A DNA stretch of 64,000 bases from positions 64,001 through 128,000 of IMG/VR virus record IMGVR_UViG_3300047476_000982. The stretch is one strand, 5' to 3'. Positions 39,517 through 49,985 of this stretch are shown piece after piece (position 1 is the first letter of the stretch; each line of letters opens with the position of its first letter). The DNA is from a virus. Under the pieces are notes generated by a model that did no database searches, was not told the DNA's origin, and saw only the letters and a program-made list of their open reading frames with translations. Made by a program: the position numbers and the translations under genes.

Positions 39517-40311
39517 CTAGTTTGAGTATGCGGTAGCCAAAGACCATAGGCCTTGGTTGATATTGAAGTCCTCTATAGGATTCTTGATAGCCCTAGCTTG
39601 ACGGTTGTTCAATTGGAACCCACCCTTAATAAGATTCTCCTGTACGGTATTATATGTATGCCATAGTGTAGGCTGCTCATCAATCTTACGCTTAGCGTTA
39701 AGAATATCTAATACCTCATACTGTTCAGGCTGACGGTCATCACCAAGTCTTAAGGCCAATGCTTCTACAGCAAACTGGTATCTTTGTTTATCAGTCATCT
39801 CTACCATATTCCATTTGCTTATGGTATTAACTACGCCTTGGAGTCCAGATACCTTCTCGTCAATAAGGTTCTTAACCTCTTGGAAGTTCATCTTGGTATG
39901 GCGCTCTCTAAAGGATCCCATGTCCTTGTCTTTAATGACTAGACCGTTCTCACATACAAGACGGAACAAGCCCATCTCGAATTGAATTGGTCTAGTGCCA
40001 TCATGAGAGTTGATAAGCACAACCTCAGGCCTTGCTTCGATGTTACCCTGTGGGTCTTTAATGTAGAGGTCAGGGTGTTGGAAGCGGGTGATGTGTATGC
40101 CCCAATTCTTACGGAGCTCCACGTTAGAACTAGATTGCTTAACTCCTGTCAATGCGTAACCCATATCTTGCATGTGTTCGATAACCTCAAACGTAGGAGT
40201 GAACTGGTACTTCGGACTTTTGATAGTCGGTGCAGGTGAAGTAGCGAAGATAGCTGGAGCGATTTGTCTTGCAGAGTCGAGAGAGATAGATGTAATAGTG
40301 TTCAAATTCAT
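39517..40311 (-). CDS. DUF932/DUF945-family protein
   Basis: YQFTPT, H..RFQH, INSHDGT...F.MGLFRLVCENGLV, HT, TLWHTYN.VQENL..GG. Confidence 0.85.
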   Translation of the reverse strand: MNLNTITSISLDSARQIAPAIFATSPAPTIKSPKYQFTPTFEVIEHMQDMGYALTGVKQSSSNVELRKNWGIHITRFQHPDLYIKDPQGNIEARPEVVLINSHDGTRPIQFEMGLFRLVCENGLVIKDKDMGSFRERHTKMNFQEVKNLIDEKVSGLQGVVNTISKWNMVEMTDKQRYQFAVEALALRLGDDRQPEQYEVLDILNAKRKIDEQPTLWHTYNTVQENLIKGGFQLNNRQARAIKNPIEDFNINQGLWSLATAYSN

Positions 40312-40375
40312 AACCTTTATTTATATTGTAATTTAATTAATTAATCTGATGTGGTAAAATAATTCTTTGGAGTGA

Positions 40376-40657
40376 TTAGTAATGGGTAGCCATAATGTCC
40401 TGGATCTTTTTTATCCTGGCAGCTTCCTCAAGTCCACCATATCTAAGGCCGATCTGAAAGAAATCCAAGGCAGTTCCAGTGATGATGAACCTACTCATGT
40501 TTCCGTCCTCATCCTGTTCTACGTCCATCTGGATCCTGTCATTCACCCATAGGTCTGAACTGTAGAGGTTCTCATTGATGGTGTCAACGGCCTTCTTAAT
40601 GAATTCGTAGTTACGTACTGAGGAGAGGATAAGCTGTGTTCTGTCTGTCATTGTCAT
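40376..40657 (-). CDS. Hypothetical early protein
   Basis: Directly downstream of conserved promoter locus A. Confidence 0.55.
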   Translation of the reverse strand: MTMTDRTQLILSSVRNYEFIKKAVDTINENLYSSDLWVNDRIQMDVEQDEDGNMSRFIITGTALDFFQIGLRYGGLEEAARIKKIQDIMATHY

Positions 40658-40659
40658 TA

Positions 40660-40825
40660 TTGATTTGATACATAGTAAAAGTAAGACAATCCAGTGACAT
40701 AAAAAAATTTATTTTGACTATTTTGAAAAGTTTTTATTGGAAACCAATCAGTTATAAGTCGTTGGTAATCAATCTCTTATATACGTAAATATCCTTTCTA
40801 ACTTATTGGGAATCAATCACTTAGG
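40660..40825 (-). promoter_or_regulatory. Conserved promoter locus A with three upstream 21-bp motifs
   Basis: Core (plus strand) TGATACATAGTAAAAGTAAGACA; motifs start at 40736, 40761, 40805. Confidence 0.75.
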
Positions 40826-40963
40826 CGGCGCGGGCGTGATATGCCACAGGGATAGGAATTCTTATTCCCTTATTCTTTTATACACAAATTGACACAATCT
40901 AACACTTTCTAACAATATTAATTTTTTATATCCGTTAGATCTTCTTAGTAATGCACTATGAAA

Positions 40964-41227
40964 TTAGAATGTGAACCCGCTATCTATGTATCTTACGGTA
41001 TTCTTAACAGCCGGTTGAGGTATTTCTTCTACAGTATTATTCTGTTCTATAGGTTTTATTTCTTCTATATCTATATCTGCCATTCTTGTGGTTGTCTCTA
41101 TGGTTGTAGATGTAGATATTTCTTTTTGTTCTTTCTTTATATCCTTATCCTCTGGTATTATATCATTATCTATCACTGGATTATTATCTATGTCTATATC
41201 TTGGGCCAGTCGTTTCTTATTTTCCAT
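40964..41227 (-). CDS. Acidic low-complexity hypothetical protein
   Basis: ORF track; D/I/E-rich. Confidence 0.4.
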   Translation of the reverse strand: MENKKRLAQDIDIDNNPVIDNDIIPEDKDIKKEQKEISTSTTIETTTRMADIDIEEIKPIEQNNTVEEIPQPAVKNTVRYIDSGFTF

Positions 41228-41228
41228 C

Positions 41229-42263
41229 TTATTTAATCTTTATGAGGATTGGGTATTTAGGATCATCTATTTCTTTAGCATTAGGAAGTCTGCCTTGAAT
41301 ATACTTCATGTACAGTTTTGCTCTTGAGTTAGAGTCTAAGTCTCTTTCTTTTCCACTTATAGGATTAGGAAGTTTTCTTTTAGCAGGGTTAAATGTTATA
41401 TACTTGATGTATGAATTAATGGCTAGATCTTCTTTTATTATGGCAGCAAGGGTATTCATTACTCTATACTGTTCTCCCTTATTTGTTATTACATTTTGGT
41501 TTGATCCTGCTCCAACGTCGTCTTTGTCAAACACTCCAAAGTTTATATACAATACTATACCAAGATCATCATCCGTCTCTTCTTCTAATTCAACCATATA
41601 ATCAAGACCACTATCAGTTTCAAAAGAATACACTCTACGATCTTCTCCGTCTTCTACTGTTTTAAATGGATATGGCTTCATCTTTTCACTATCCAATCCA
41701 ATCTCATTTACTTTTTTTTTATCTTTAAAGTCTTGATTGACGTAATACTTGAAGGAATGTTTTGATGCTTCCTCATTCTTCTTAAAGGTTGGGAATAAGG
41801 TTTGTACGTAGTGGTCGTATACATTTCCTCTTTTAGGATCTGTTGGTGACCATGCCATTGCGTATATCTTATCCATACCTCCAACCTTGTTGACAGTATT
41901 CTTTACAGCTTGAACCACGGTAGCCAGAACTTTCAATACATCTCCAGCTCCTGTCTTTTGATCGTACTTAGTCTCATCATCCGGATCTTCATCACCAGGA
42001 TCAGGAATAAAATCGCCCTTAGTTCCTTGAGCAGTAGTGTCTGCACCGAATGCCACGTATAAAGTAATTCCAGGGTCCTTTGGTTTCTTGGATGATAATA
42101 CCGTTACTTCCATAGGATCTCCCTTAACATTAGTATAGGCGTACTTATAGTAGTCTCCGTACCCTAAATTCTTAGATGCTATCTTATCAAACTTATAAGC
42201 ATCTTCTGGCTTAGGCATGTTTAACTCTAGAGTAAGGTCTTCGAGTAGTTGTCTTAATTTCAT
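41229..42263 (-). CDS. Protein with two tandem homologous domains (MKLRQLLED start)
   Basis: Twice: Y.F....Y.F.T..G..Y.V...Y..FG...T..G....V..T....(I/V)K...R..(L/V)Y..Y; ATATTTAT at 42278-42285. Confidence 0.6.
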   Translation of the reverse strand: MKLRQLLEDLTLELNMPKPEDAYKFDKIASKNLGYGDYYKYAYTNVKGDPMEVTVLSSKKPKDPGITLYVAFGADTTAQGTKGDFIPDPGDEDPDDETKYDQKTGAGDVLKVLATVVQAVKNTVNKVGGMDKIYAMAWSPTDPKRGNVYDHYVQTLFPTFKKNEEASKHSFKYYVNQDFKDKKKVNEIGLDSEKMKPYPFKTVEDGEDRRVYSFETDSGLDYMVELEEETDDDLGIVLYINFGVFDKDDVGAGSNQNVITNKGEQYRVMNTLAAIIKEDLAINSYIKYITFNPAKRKLPNPISGKERDLDSNSRAKLYMKYIQGRLPNAKEIDDPKYPILIKIK

Positions 42264-42287
42264 CCTGATCTTTTTATATAAATATCT

Positions 42288-44058
42288 TTAGACTCTACTA
42301 TCTAAATCTCTTAACATCCATTTGATCTTGTCTATCTCTTCTAGGATCAGATCTAACTTAGATCCTATAGTTGAAGTGTTAGGCTTCTTAAGATCTGTAA
42401 CAGCATAAGCAACTCCATCACCATATTCAATTTGGTAATTTACTTCTTTACCATGGGTTGGGAAGTTTGCCATTTGGTATTCATGCATCCAAGCTCTATG
42501 TTCATTTGGATGAAGTGGAATACCTTTAGACCATAAGCCATTATAATAAACGGTGTACACTGTCCATTCACCATCCATATATCTTAAAAATCCTGGGAAT
42601 ACTTCATATAACCCGTCTTTCTGACTTTCATTCATCATGTCTATTAGAATTTGTTTTCTTTCTTCTTTGTTCATATTGTTATATTAAAAAATGAATGGAT
42701 CTTCTTCTTTATCATCTAGATATAGATAGATAAGATTATAAACAGAGTATACCATGCCTCCAAAGGCAATGGCTAGGAACGAATAAAGCATAACAATTCC
42801 AAAAGTACGTGGATATGTATATGCTATAGTTGCCACTAATCCAACTAATAAGAATAGTAAGATCGTATAGATTCCGGCTTTTATTTTCTTGTTCATATTA
42901 ATTTTCAAAATATTTAAAATCATTTAAGCAAGCAAACAGACATTCCAATTCATCAACATGAACATCAATTCTTTTAGTTTGATAACCATTATCAGTTTTG
43001 GTTTCAATAGATATATCAAATCCCTCACCATTAGACCATTCAGTTACTTTACAAAATGTATCAACTAATCCCTGCATCTGATATTCAATAGAACGTGACG
43101 TACCAAACTTTTTGGGTAGGTAGCCGTCAATTTCCTGAATGTCTTCGTTTGTTATCTTTAGCCACTTGGCTATTTTTTTCTTTATACTCATATTATATGT
43201 TTTTAACTAATTCAATTAACTTATTAAGACAAGCAAGTTCTGCTTCTTCGTAGGTTTCAAAATCATTTTCAGGTTCACCCCAACTAACAATTACTTCGTC
43301 TTTTAGATTATCAATTCTAAATGTGTATCCTATTGGGTAAAAAAAGGCATCAACTTTACCCATATATCCATATTTTTCTCTAAACCATCTAAATGCTTGT
43401 TGGTATAGTGGTAGTCCAATTCTTATATCTTTTAATTCTCCAAAAACATTATAGTCTGTTTTATGTAATTCCATTAATGGAGTATGAGCTAAACATTCTT
43501 CATCAAAACCTAACTCTTTAAGTTTTAATGCTTGTTCGTATGGTATAAATTCTTTGTTCATACTATCTGTTTTTCATTCTTTCCATTTGTTCCATATATT
43601 CCTCGAACCAAAAGTCCTTGTCCTCATCCCAATTACCTGTCAATTGAGGATAGAATTCCCAGAACATTCCACTCTTTAGTAGAGTATTATATGCTGTCTT
43701 TGCTTTGTCTAAATTCTCCATACTATAAATTTTACTTCATTAAAAATGCTGGGATCGTTGGATTGCCTTTCAAATACCACCATTCTGAACCATCATACTC
43801 GCCTCTTTCAAGCCAAGTACCATTCTCTAACCACACAATACCATCAAGATATTGCATACCATATCCATCATCGTAGTCAAAATCTAACTTACGCATGAAC
43901 TCTTCAAACTCCTCAGGAGTATAATTGTACATAAGATTGATCTTATTATTAGGCTCATCATCAAATTGTCCAAATGTACAGTTTGGAGTAATAGTTGCAC
44001 AGACTATACGGCTTTTTACCATTTTAACTACCCCTTCTAATTCTACTCTTGCATTCAT
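42288..44058 (-). other. Cluster of small hypothetical ORFs (42288-42674, 42684-42923 membrane, 42898-43191, 43193-43561, 43563-43721 manual 52 aa, 43732-44058)
   Basis: Tightly packed co-oriented ORFs. Confidence 0.5.
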
Positions 44059-44068
44059 AACTTTATAT

Positions 44069-44446
44069 TTAATATGATTCGTAAGACTTCTCTTCCACTA
44101 TACCTGAATTGGTTAGTAGGTTTATTTCCTTCTTAATCTTAGCTCTTTCATCATTTGTAATATACACAGATCTGGCCAATTCTATAAATCTGTCTCCAAA
44201 GTCCTTATATCTTTCACACTCTCGTATCTCATTCTCTATATCCCAAAGTCTTTTGTTGACTTCTGCAAGATCGACATACTTACTAAAAACTTTTTTGTCT
44301 CTAGTAAGTTCATTAAAGATAGGACGTAATTCATCCATCTCTTTCTGAACATTGTCTAGCTTGGCATCATCATTAATATTGGATCTCTTAATGATTAAGA
44401 TAGAGAACTTGTCTAAGATCTCTCCAGTAGATACTTCTATTTTCAT
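44069..44446 (-). CDS. DUF6165-like protein
   Basis: IEVSTGEILDKFSILIIK...L.EVN..LWDIE..IR...F.ELARSVYITNDERAKIKKEIN...S.IVEEKSY. Confidence 0.75.
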   Translation of the reverse strand: MKIEVSTGEILDKFSILIIKRSNINDDAKLDNVQKEMDELRPIFNELTRDKKVFSKYVDLAEVNKRLWDIENEIRECERYKDFGDRFIELARSVYITNDERAKIKKEINLLTNSGIVEEKSYESY

Positions 44447-44449
44447 ATT

Positions 44450-45798
44450 TTAATATTGATAATGTTCTAAAAATTTATTTGTCTGGGTATCACTAAAGAA
44501 TTTCATTCCGTCAATCCATTCAGTCTTGCCATCTTTATATTTGATTCTCACCTCTTGGATCAATGGCTTATTAAGCACTGCTCTGAACTTAGAGATTCTC
44601 ATACCTATTATTTCTACAGTATGGGTTTTACCTACTAATCCTTCAGGTGTTCCTGGGGTGTACTTGACTTTCATATTACAGTTGTTTAAGTTCACGAATA
44701 CAATACTCTAAACATTGCTCTTTCATCTTCTCTCTTGCTGGCCATCCGTATCTAGCATCCTCCTCGTATGATCCTTCCAATTCAAATGATTCTGGTGTAT
44801 CATATTTTGAGGCTCTGTGCACAATACCTTCTGGAAAATGTTTTAGCATACCTTCGAAGTTATCACTCTTGATACATTCTAATAGATCTATAATGTGTAT
44901 CACGTCTTCTATAATGTGTTTCATGTCTTAGTCTAGTATTATATATTTTATTATTTTACCTGATAATTCTATTTCATCATAGTTGTTAGGTATATCATAT
45001 ACCCACTCATATGAATTCCAATATACTACCCCCATATCACCATACTCGTCTTGAGCCAGTACTCGCTTACTAGTATAGGGTAATTGTTTTGGGTCTGTTA
45101 CTTCAATCCAATTCATGTCTTAATTTTATTGTTTGAACGAAAATGATTCTTGCTCCCACTTTCCACTGATAGGACATAAAGTCTCAAGTGTATAGTCTCC
45201 ATTGTAAGCACGATTCTCACGGTGAGTCAACCACACTCTTTCGTCTCCTGAGTTCATGACTAGCTCATCACCATCCCAAGCCTGTTCGATTGCTTCAAGT
45301 ACAATAAGATCTGAACGTCTGTAAATTCCTTCTCTAAACATATATTGATAATTTTGTTGGTTAATTAATTTTGGTTGGAAATTAGGCGGCATTCATTAAG
45401 AATGCTTTACACGCCCAATTCTTAGCACCTACCGCTTCGTACTGTTTTTGAGAATACAAATTCGTGTCGATCCAATAAGAGTTGATAGTACCGACAGTAA
45501 GACCTTCAAGTATGTCCTCATCGATCACGACAATCTTCTTGCCTTTTCTAGCGAATACAGTAAGCCAATGCTGTCCGCCTTCTGCCATGAATTGGATAGT
45601 TTGAAGTGAACCTTTTTTCCAGCTAGACAACAGTTGGGCAGGTCCAAAATTATTAGCCATGTCATCGTTATATTTTGCTTCCGCAATACTCATGAACCCG
45701 GCTTGACATTTGTAGACGATCCTGTAAGATCCTTTTTGTTTTCTGATAAAGTTGCAGGTTCCGAGTCCGAGGGTGTTGATAATCTTGTTCATATTCAT
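44450..45798 (-). other. Cluster of small hypothetical ORFs (44450-44695, 44676-44924, 44928-45116 DUF551-like, 45126-45392, 45382-45798)
   Basis: Packed ORFs; MNWIEV...LP...VLA...WNS.EW pattern in 44928-45116. Confidence 0.5.
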
Positions 45799-45799
45799 T

Positions 45800-45948
45800 A
45801 TTGATTTGTTACATAGTAAAATTAAGACATTCCAGTCAAATAAAAAAATCTTTTTAGTCTTTTTTTGAAAATTCTCGATTGGAAATCAATCAGTTATAAG
45901 TGGTTGAAAACCAATCAGTTATAAAGTATTGATAATCAATCAGTTATA
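45800..45948 (-). promoter_or_regulatory. Conserved promoter locus B with three 21-bp motifs at 25-bp period
   Basis: Core TGTTACATAGTAAAATTAAGACA; motifs start at 45878, 45903, 45928. Confidence 0.8.
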
Positions 45949-45977
45949 AAAAAGAGGCCCGGGTGGATACCCAGGCC
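45948..45977 (-). terminator. Intrinsic terminator downstream of HTH gene
   Basis: Minus-strand GGCCUGGGU-AUCC-ACCCGGGCC hairpin (G-U wobble only on the minus strand) followed by CUC and a U-tract. Confidence 0.75.
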
Positions 45978-46003
45978 GAAATAATCAATAATGAGTGAGG
46001 TTA

Positions 46004-46249
46004 TTAAGCCTCCAAGCTAGAAAGCTTGTACACATTAGACTGACGTCCACGTGTCATGTCGTAAGCTTCATTAACGATACGATCGTTGAAGTACTTACCT
46101 GTTAGTACGTCCGCAACATGGGTTGTAGAGAAACCAGTTGTCTCAGCAACTCTAGTTACATCTCCAAGACGGAGCTTACGGTTAATACGACTAACTTTCT
46201 GAATGTAGCTCAATTTAGTGTAAGAGCTCGGGCGATTTGAATTTTGCAT
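46004..46249 (-). CDS. Small helix-turn-helix DNA-binding protein
   Basis: GDVTRVAETTGFSTTHVADVLTG HTH pattern; monocistronic with its own terminator. Confidence 0.65.
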   Translation of the reverse strand: MQNSNRPSSYTKLSYIQKVSRINRKLRLGDVTRVAETTGFSTTHVADVLTGKYFNDRIVNEAYDMTRGRQSNVYKLSSLEA

Positions 46250-46338
46250 AACTGCTTTTTTTTGTTTTTTAATATAAATGTAAATTAAGACATTTTTTTG
46301 TTGTATAAAAATCTATCTTTAGAGTAGATAAGTTTTTT

Positions 46339-46839
46339 TTAGAATTCGTCTTCAAATAGATCATCTCCGAAGTCTTCAAATACCGGCTGATTCATCTCAG
46401 CATTCACTAAGTCTAAAGTTTGTAGTGCAAACTCTTTACTAACCCAAGGACTACCGTCTACATCTACGATGTCAGCAATGTAGTAAAGTCCGTCCATTTC
46501 TTTTAAGTCGCTCAATTTCATTTTGTAATTCATAACCTTTATTGTTTTAATTTTTTAATCTATTAATGCTTTTACTTTAGTTACCCAAGCAGTTATATCC
46601 TCGATAAATTGTTTTGCTCTATCTACAGTTTTAGTATAAGCAAAAAACTGACAATACTCAGAGTCGAAGGTAATACTTGAGCAATCTATATGCTTCCGAA
46701 TATATTCCTCAAGATCATAAGCACTTTCAAAATCTCTAAATTTATAGGCATTTGCTATCTTGCCTGTAACTGTGTACTCTTCTTTGTCTTCGTCTAACTT
46801 GTAAATAAGGAACCCAACTGGATACTTAATGTCTTGCAT
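46339..46839 (-). other. Two small hypothetical ORFs (46339-46533, 46555-46839) sharing the leader AAAACAATAAAGGTTATG
   Basis: Identical upstream leaders. Confidence 0.55.
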
Positions 46840-46862
46840 AACCTTTATTGTTTTAATTTTTG

Positions 46863-46936
46863 CGCATCCTCCTGGACTCGAACCAGGGACCTAATGATTA
46901 ACAGTCATTTGCTCTAACCAACTGAGCTAAGGATGC
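46863..46936 (-). tRNA. trnN: tRNA-Asn (GTT)
   Basis: GCATCCT acceptor, AGCTCAGTTGGTTAGAGC D arm, ATGAC-CTGTTAA-region anticodon loop with GTT, CCTGG-TTCGAGT-CCAGG T arm, G73; CCA not encoded. Confidence 0.93.
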
Positions 46937-46940
46937 GTGG

Positions 46941-47036
46941 CGTTCCATATTACTCACATCTGATAATCATATCGGATTACCAACTTAATCCTACAACAGC
47001 TTTTAACTGAGAGATTGCAGGGATATGTATGGAACA
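46941..47036 (-). ncRNA. Candidate three-way-junction structured RNA in tRNA cluster
   Basis: Closing 9-bp stem UGUUCCAUA/UAUGGAACG, inner CCUGCAA/UUGUAGG stem, and AUCCGAUA...UAUCAGAU hairpin. Confidence 0.45.
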
Positions 47037-47041
47037 TTTTG

Positions 47042-47152
47042 CAGTCAGGGCAGGATTCGAACCTGCGACTTTTTCGGATAACTCTTTTATAAGCAACGGT
47101 TGATGCTATCTTCCGCCACTGTCCTTGCGTCTACCAATTTCGCCACCTGACT
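47042..47152 (-). ncRNA. tRNA-like element 1 (111 nt, no canonical anticodon arm)
   Basis: AGTCAGG/CCTGACT acceptor, GCG-AAATTGGTAGA-CGC D arm, GCAGG-TTCGAAT-CCTGC T arm, ~60-nt insert; starts 2 nt after tRNA-Leu. Confidence 0.8.
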
Positions 47153-47154
47153 TG

Positions 47155-47236
47155 TACCCCATGAGAGACTCGAACTCTCAAACCTTACGGCAATAGATCC
47201 TAAATCTATCGTGTCTACCAATTCCACCAACGGGGC
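47155..47236 (-). tRNA. trnL: tRNA-Leu (TAG)
   Basis: GCCCCGT/ATGGGGT acceptor + A73, GGTGGAATTGGTAGACAC D arm, ATAGA-TTTAGGA-TCTAT anticodon arm, long variable arm, GAGAG-TTCGAGT-CTCTC T arm. Confidence 0.92.
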
Positions 47237-47359
47237 TGGTCGGGTCTCTCCCCGTATGTCACTTGCTGAGATCTTTACCGGCGGTCGCACTGTACATAAC
47301 CTAGATAAGTTGTACAGATTCTCCATTTAGGGCTCTCTTTAAGTTACATTCCCCCAAAG

Positions 47360-47461
47360 TAGTCAGGACAGGACTCGAACCTGTAAGAACTTACGTGGCA
47401 CGGTCACTTGCAGTTCTCTCTCTTGCCGTACGATAGCGTTTCCCATTTGCGCCACCTGACT
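47360..47461 (-). ncRNA. tRNA-like element 2 (102 nt)
   Basis: Same acceptor stem; GCG-CAAATGGGAAA-CGC D arm; ACAGG-TTCGAGT-CCTGT T arm; unrelated insert. Confidence 0.8.
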
Positions 47462-47467
47462 AGTTGT

Positions 47468-48204
47468 TTAATCCCAACAACCTGCTAAGACCTCTAAATG
47501 GTGGTCGATAGCAATTTGAGTGGATCTGAAAGAGTCATAGTCAAACTTTAACTCTGGCCACCTACTATCATCATCCCATCCTTTAGGGAACATAGGTTCG
47601 TAATTAGGATTTTGTTGCATGTATTCTTCTTGGCTCATGCGGACCATTTTTTCTAATTCATTCTTACACATATTATAAAATTTTAATTGTTACTAAAGAT
47701 AATCTTGGATGTCATATGAATGTTCTGTCTGATAGATCTTGACAATACTATCTCCATGAAATTCAACACTCTTTTTTAAAGCTTCACGATTCTTGACAGG
47801 ATAATCAAGTATCCCACCATTAGGATGTCTCAATTCGACTCTTACGCAATCGTAAGACTCAATGTATCCGGTAAATTCTGCATCGAACTGTTCTTGTTCT
47901 GTCTCAAAGCTAAACTTAAAATCTGCGATATTCATATTCATTATTGATTTGTTGTTATTAAAGATTATGCTTCTACATGCACACCAAAAATGTAAGATGT
48001 AACTTCGCATTCAAGGTTTAGCATTAAGTCGCCAGGTCCGATATGACGTCTAACAAATGATTTGTCTATGTACATACCATCTAGCGTGACAGTATCGTCG
48101 TTCTTAAAAGATTCAAAATAATCCGCAGTCCTGTTCAAGCATCTGCTTCTGAGGGCGGCTGTCAATTGCGGAAGGTTCATTCTGTAGTTACTAAGCATAT
48201 TCAT
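47468..48204 (-). other. Small hypothetical ORFs (47468-47671, 47693-~47941, 47965-48204)
   Basis: The 47693 ORF probably starts at MNMNIADF, which shares the CAAATCAATAATGAATATG leader with the genes starting at 45798 and 48204. Confidence 0.5.
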
Positions 48205-48356
48205 TATTGATTTGATACATAGTAAAATTAAGACAAATTTTTGATATAAAAAAATTTTTTTTGATCTTTTTCAAAAATTGTCGATTGAAAATCAATAAGT
48301 TATAACTTGTTGATAATCAATTAGTTATGTAAGTGATTGAAAATCAATAACTTATG
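48205..48356 (-). promoter_or_regulatory. Conserved promoter locus C with three 21-bp motifs
   Basis: Core TGATACATAGTAAAATTAAGACA; motifs start at 48284, 48309, 48336. Confidence 0.8.
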
Positions 48357-48359
48357 CCA

Positions 48360-49510
48360 TTATTGGTTCAAAAGGATGATCATTTGGACGCAGAAGACGC
48401 TCAGGATCGCTGCCAGGATCACCACAATCATCACAGACGAGGCATCTCTTTGTCCGTAGACATCTTTATAGACTTTTCTAACCATCCAATTAGACGCATG
48501 TTGAATGCCTGCAAATAGGAATACAAGGGCGATTGTTGCAATAAGTGTTGCCATATTATTTTGTTTTACATTCTTTTTCTAAATAATTCCATAAAGATTT
48601 TACATCGTAGCAAATAGGTTTCTCATCTTTATCCCATGCTTTAGGATTCTTCTTACTCATCTTCTTACCAAAATCATTTTCATAACAAAACCAACTGAAC
48701 CAGTCATAACCTTCTAAACCGTAAATCTCAGTAAACAAAGTTGTTATAACACATTCATAAGGATCTGCAAAATTAATTAAGTCTACATTAAGACTATTTA
48801 ATGTATGCATGTCATCATTTTGTTTCTTTAGTGTGTTGATGATCACTGTAAATGTTGATAGTTCCATAACTTAAAATTTACCCCATTGACTATTTTTCTT
48901 AAGTTCTTCTGCTATTTTAAAACCTAAAAATATGTCCTTAAAAAATTTTACTATTTTATTCTTCATTCTTTTTCTTTGTCCATTTAGAATTAGCTACTAG
49001 ATCATCCCAATCTTTATATCCTTGTGACTTAGCATACTCATCATTCTTTTTTCTTTGATATGCTTTAATTACTTCAGGTTCTCTCATCTGATCACTATCA
49101 GTAAAGCCAAGTGCTTTAGCACATTCCTCTTCACACCATTCATGTGAACCTATCTTTATTTCAATTGGTAGATCTGTTTCTATTGATTCAATAAAGTCTT
49201 CAAACTGAGATGCTACTTCATGAGGTAGAGTGTAGATTCCTTCATCTACTTGATAACCTGATTCATTCTCTTTATCAAATATTTCAATCCTACCCATTCT
49301 GTATTTCTCACCAAATAAACTAAATACACCATAACCTACAGTTGAATAATAATACCTACCCTCTCTTGCCACACCATTTACATCAATACAAGCTGGATTC
49401 ATTTCAATGTAATTAGCAAGATGATCAGCAAACTCTTCAGGTGTTGAATTAGGATAATTGTACTTAACATTGTCTATATACCATTTAAGTTTGTCCCTAT
49501 TTACTTTCAT
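48360..49510 (-). other. Small hypothetical ORFs (48360-48554 membrane, 48556-48867, 48956-49510)
   Basis: ORF track. Confidence 0.5.
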
Positions 49511-49512
49511 AC

Positions 49513-49983
49513 TTATTCACTTAATCTATGTGTTACTGTAATTATGTTTACTTGTGTTGCGATATTTGATTCTTCACAATCATAGTTCAAACAAATAGCT
49601 GATCTAATTACACTATTAATGTCAACTACTCTTTCATCAAACATCTTCTCTGTAATTCTAGGAACTTCGTCTTCAATACAACAAGCGCCACCACAATCTT
49701 TATATCTAACCACTTTAGAAATAGTATAGATGTATCTAGTCTTTGCCCTTGCTATTGCCTTATATACTGTATCAATATGTTCAGGTAGGTAATAGTCATA
49801 GCTATCCAAATAGCAAATGTATTTCAAACCTTCACCTAGTATAGATTGAATAGTCTGATCAATAGACTCAGGATTGGTCTCATAGACTTTAAACTCTTTA
49901 TTTGTTTGTTGTTCTAATGAAGCCAAACATTTATTTAAGAGTCTATCTTCTCCTTCATGTTTAATTAGTAGTACTGCTATCAT
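49513..49983 (-). CDS. Truncated/compact GT2-like glycosyltransferase
   Basis: CLASLEQQT, KYICYLDSYDYYLPEHI motifs. Confidence 0.55.
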   Translation of the reverse strand: MIAVLLIKHEGEDRLLNKCLASLEQQTNKEFKVYETNPESIDQTIQSILGEGLKYICYLDSYDYYLPEHIDTVYKAIARAKTRYIYTISKVVRYKDCGGACCIEDEVPRITEKMFDERVVDINSVIRSAICLNYDCEESNIATQVNIITVTHRLSE

Positions 49984-49985
49984 AA

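Noticed and set aside
45878-45948. 25-bp-period repeats as a mini-CRISPR array
   Set aside because: Gaps are only ~4 bp, and the arrays sit at a fixed distance from a promoter core at four loci, which fits binding sites.
47155-47236. tRNA with TAG read as an amber suppressor, or stop-codon reassignment
   Set aside because: Anticodon TAG decodes CUA (Leu); a suppressor would have CTA. Long genes are intact under code 11, and TAG/TGA act as normal stops.
47087-47326. 79-aa ORF on minus strand
   Set aside because: It overlaps tRNA-Leu and tRNA-like element 1; it is a by-product of GC-rich RNA genes.
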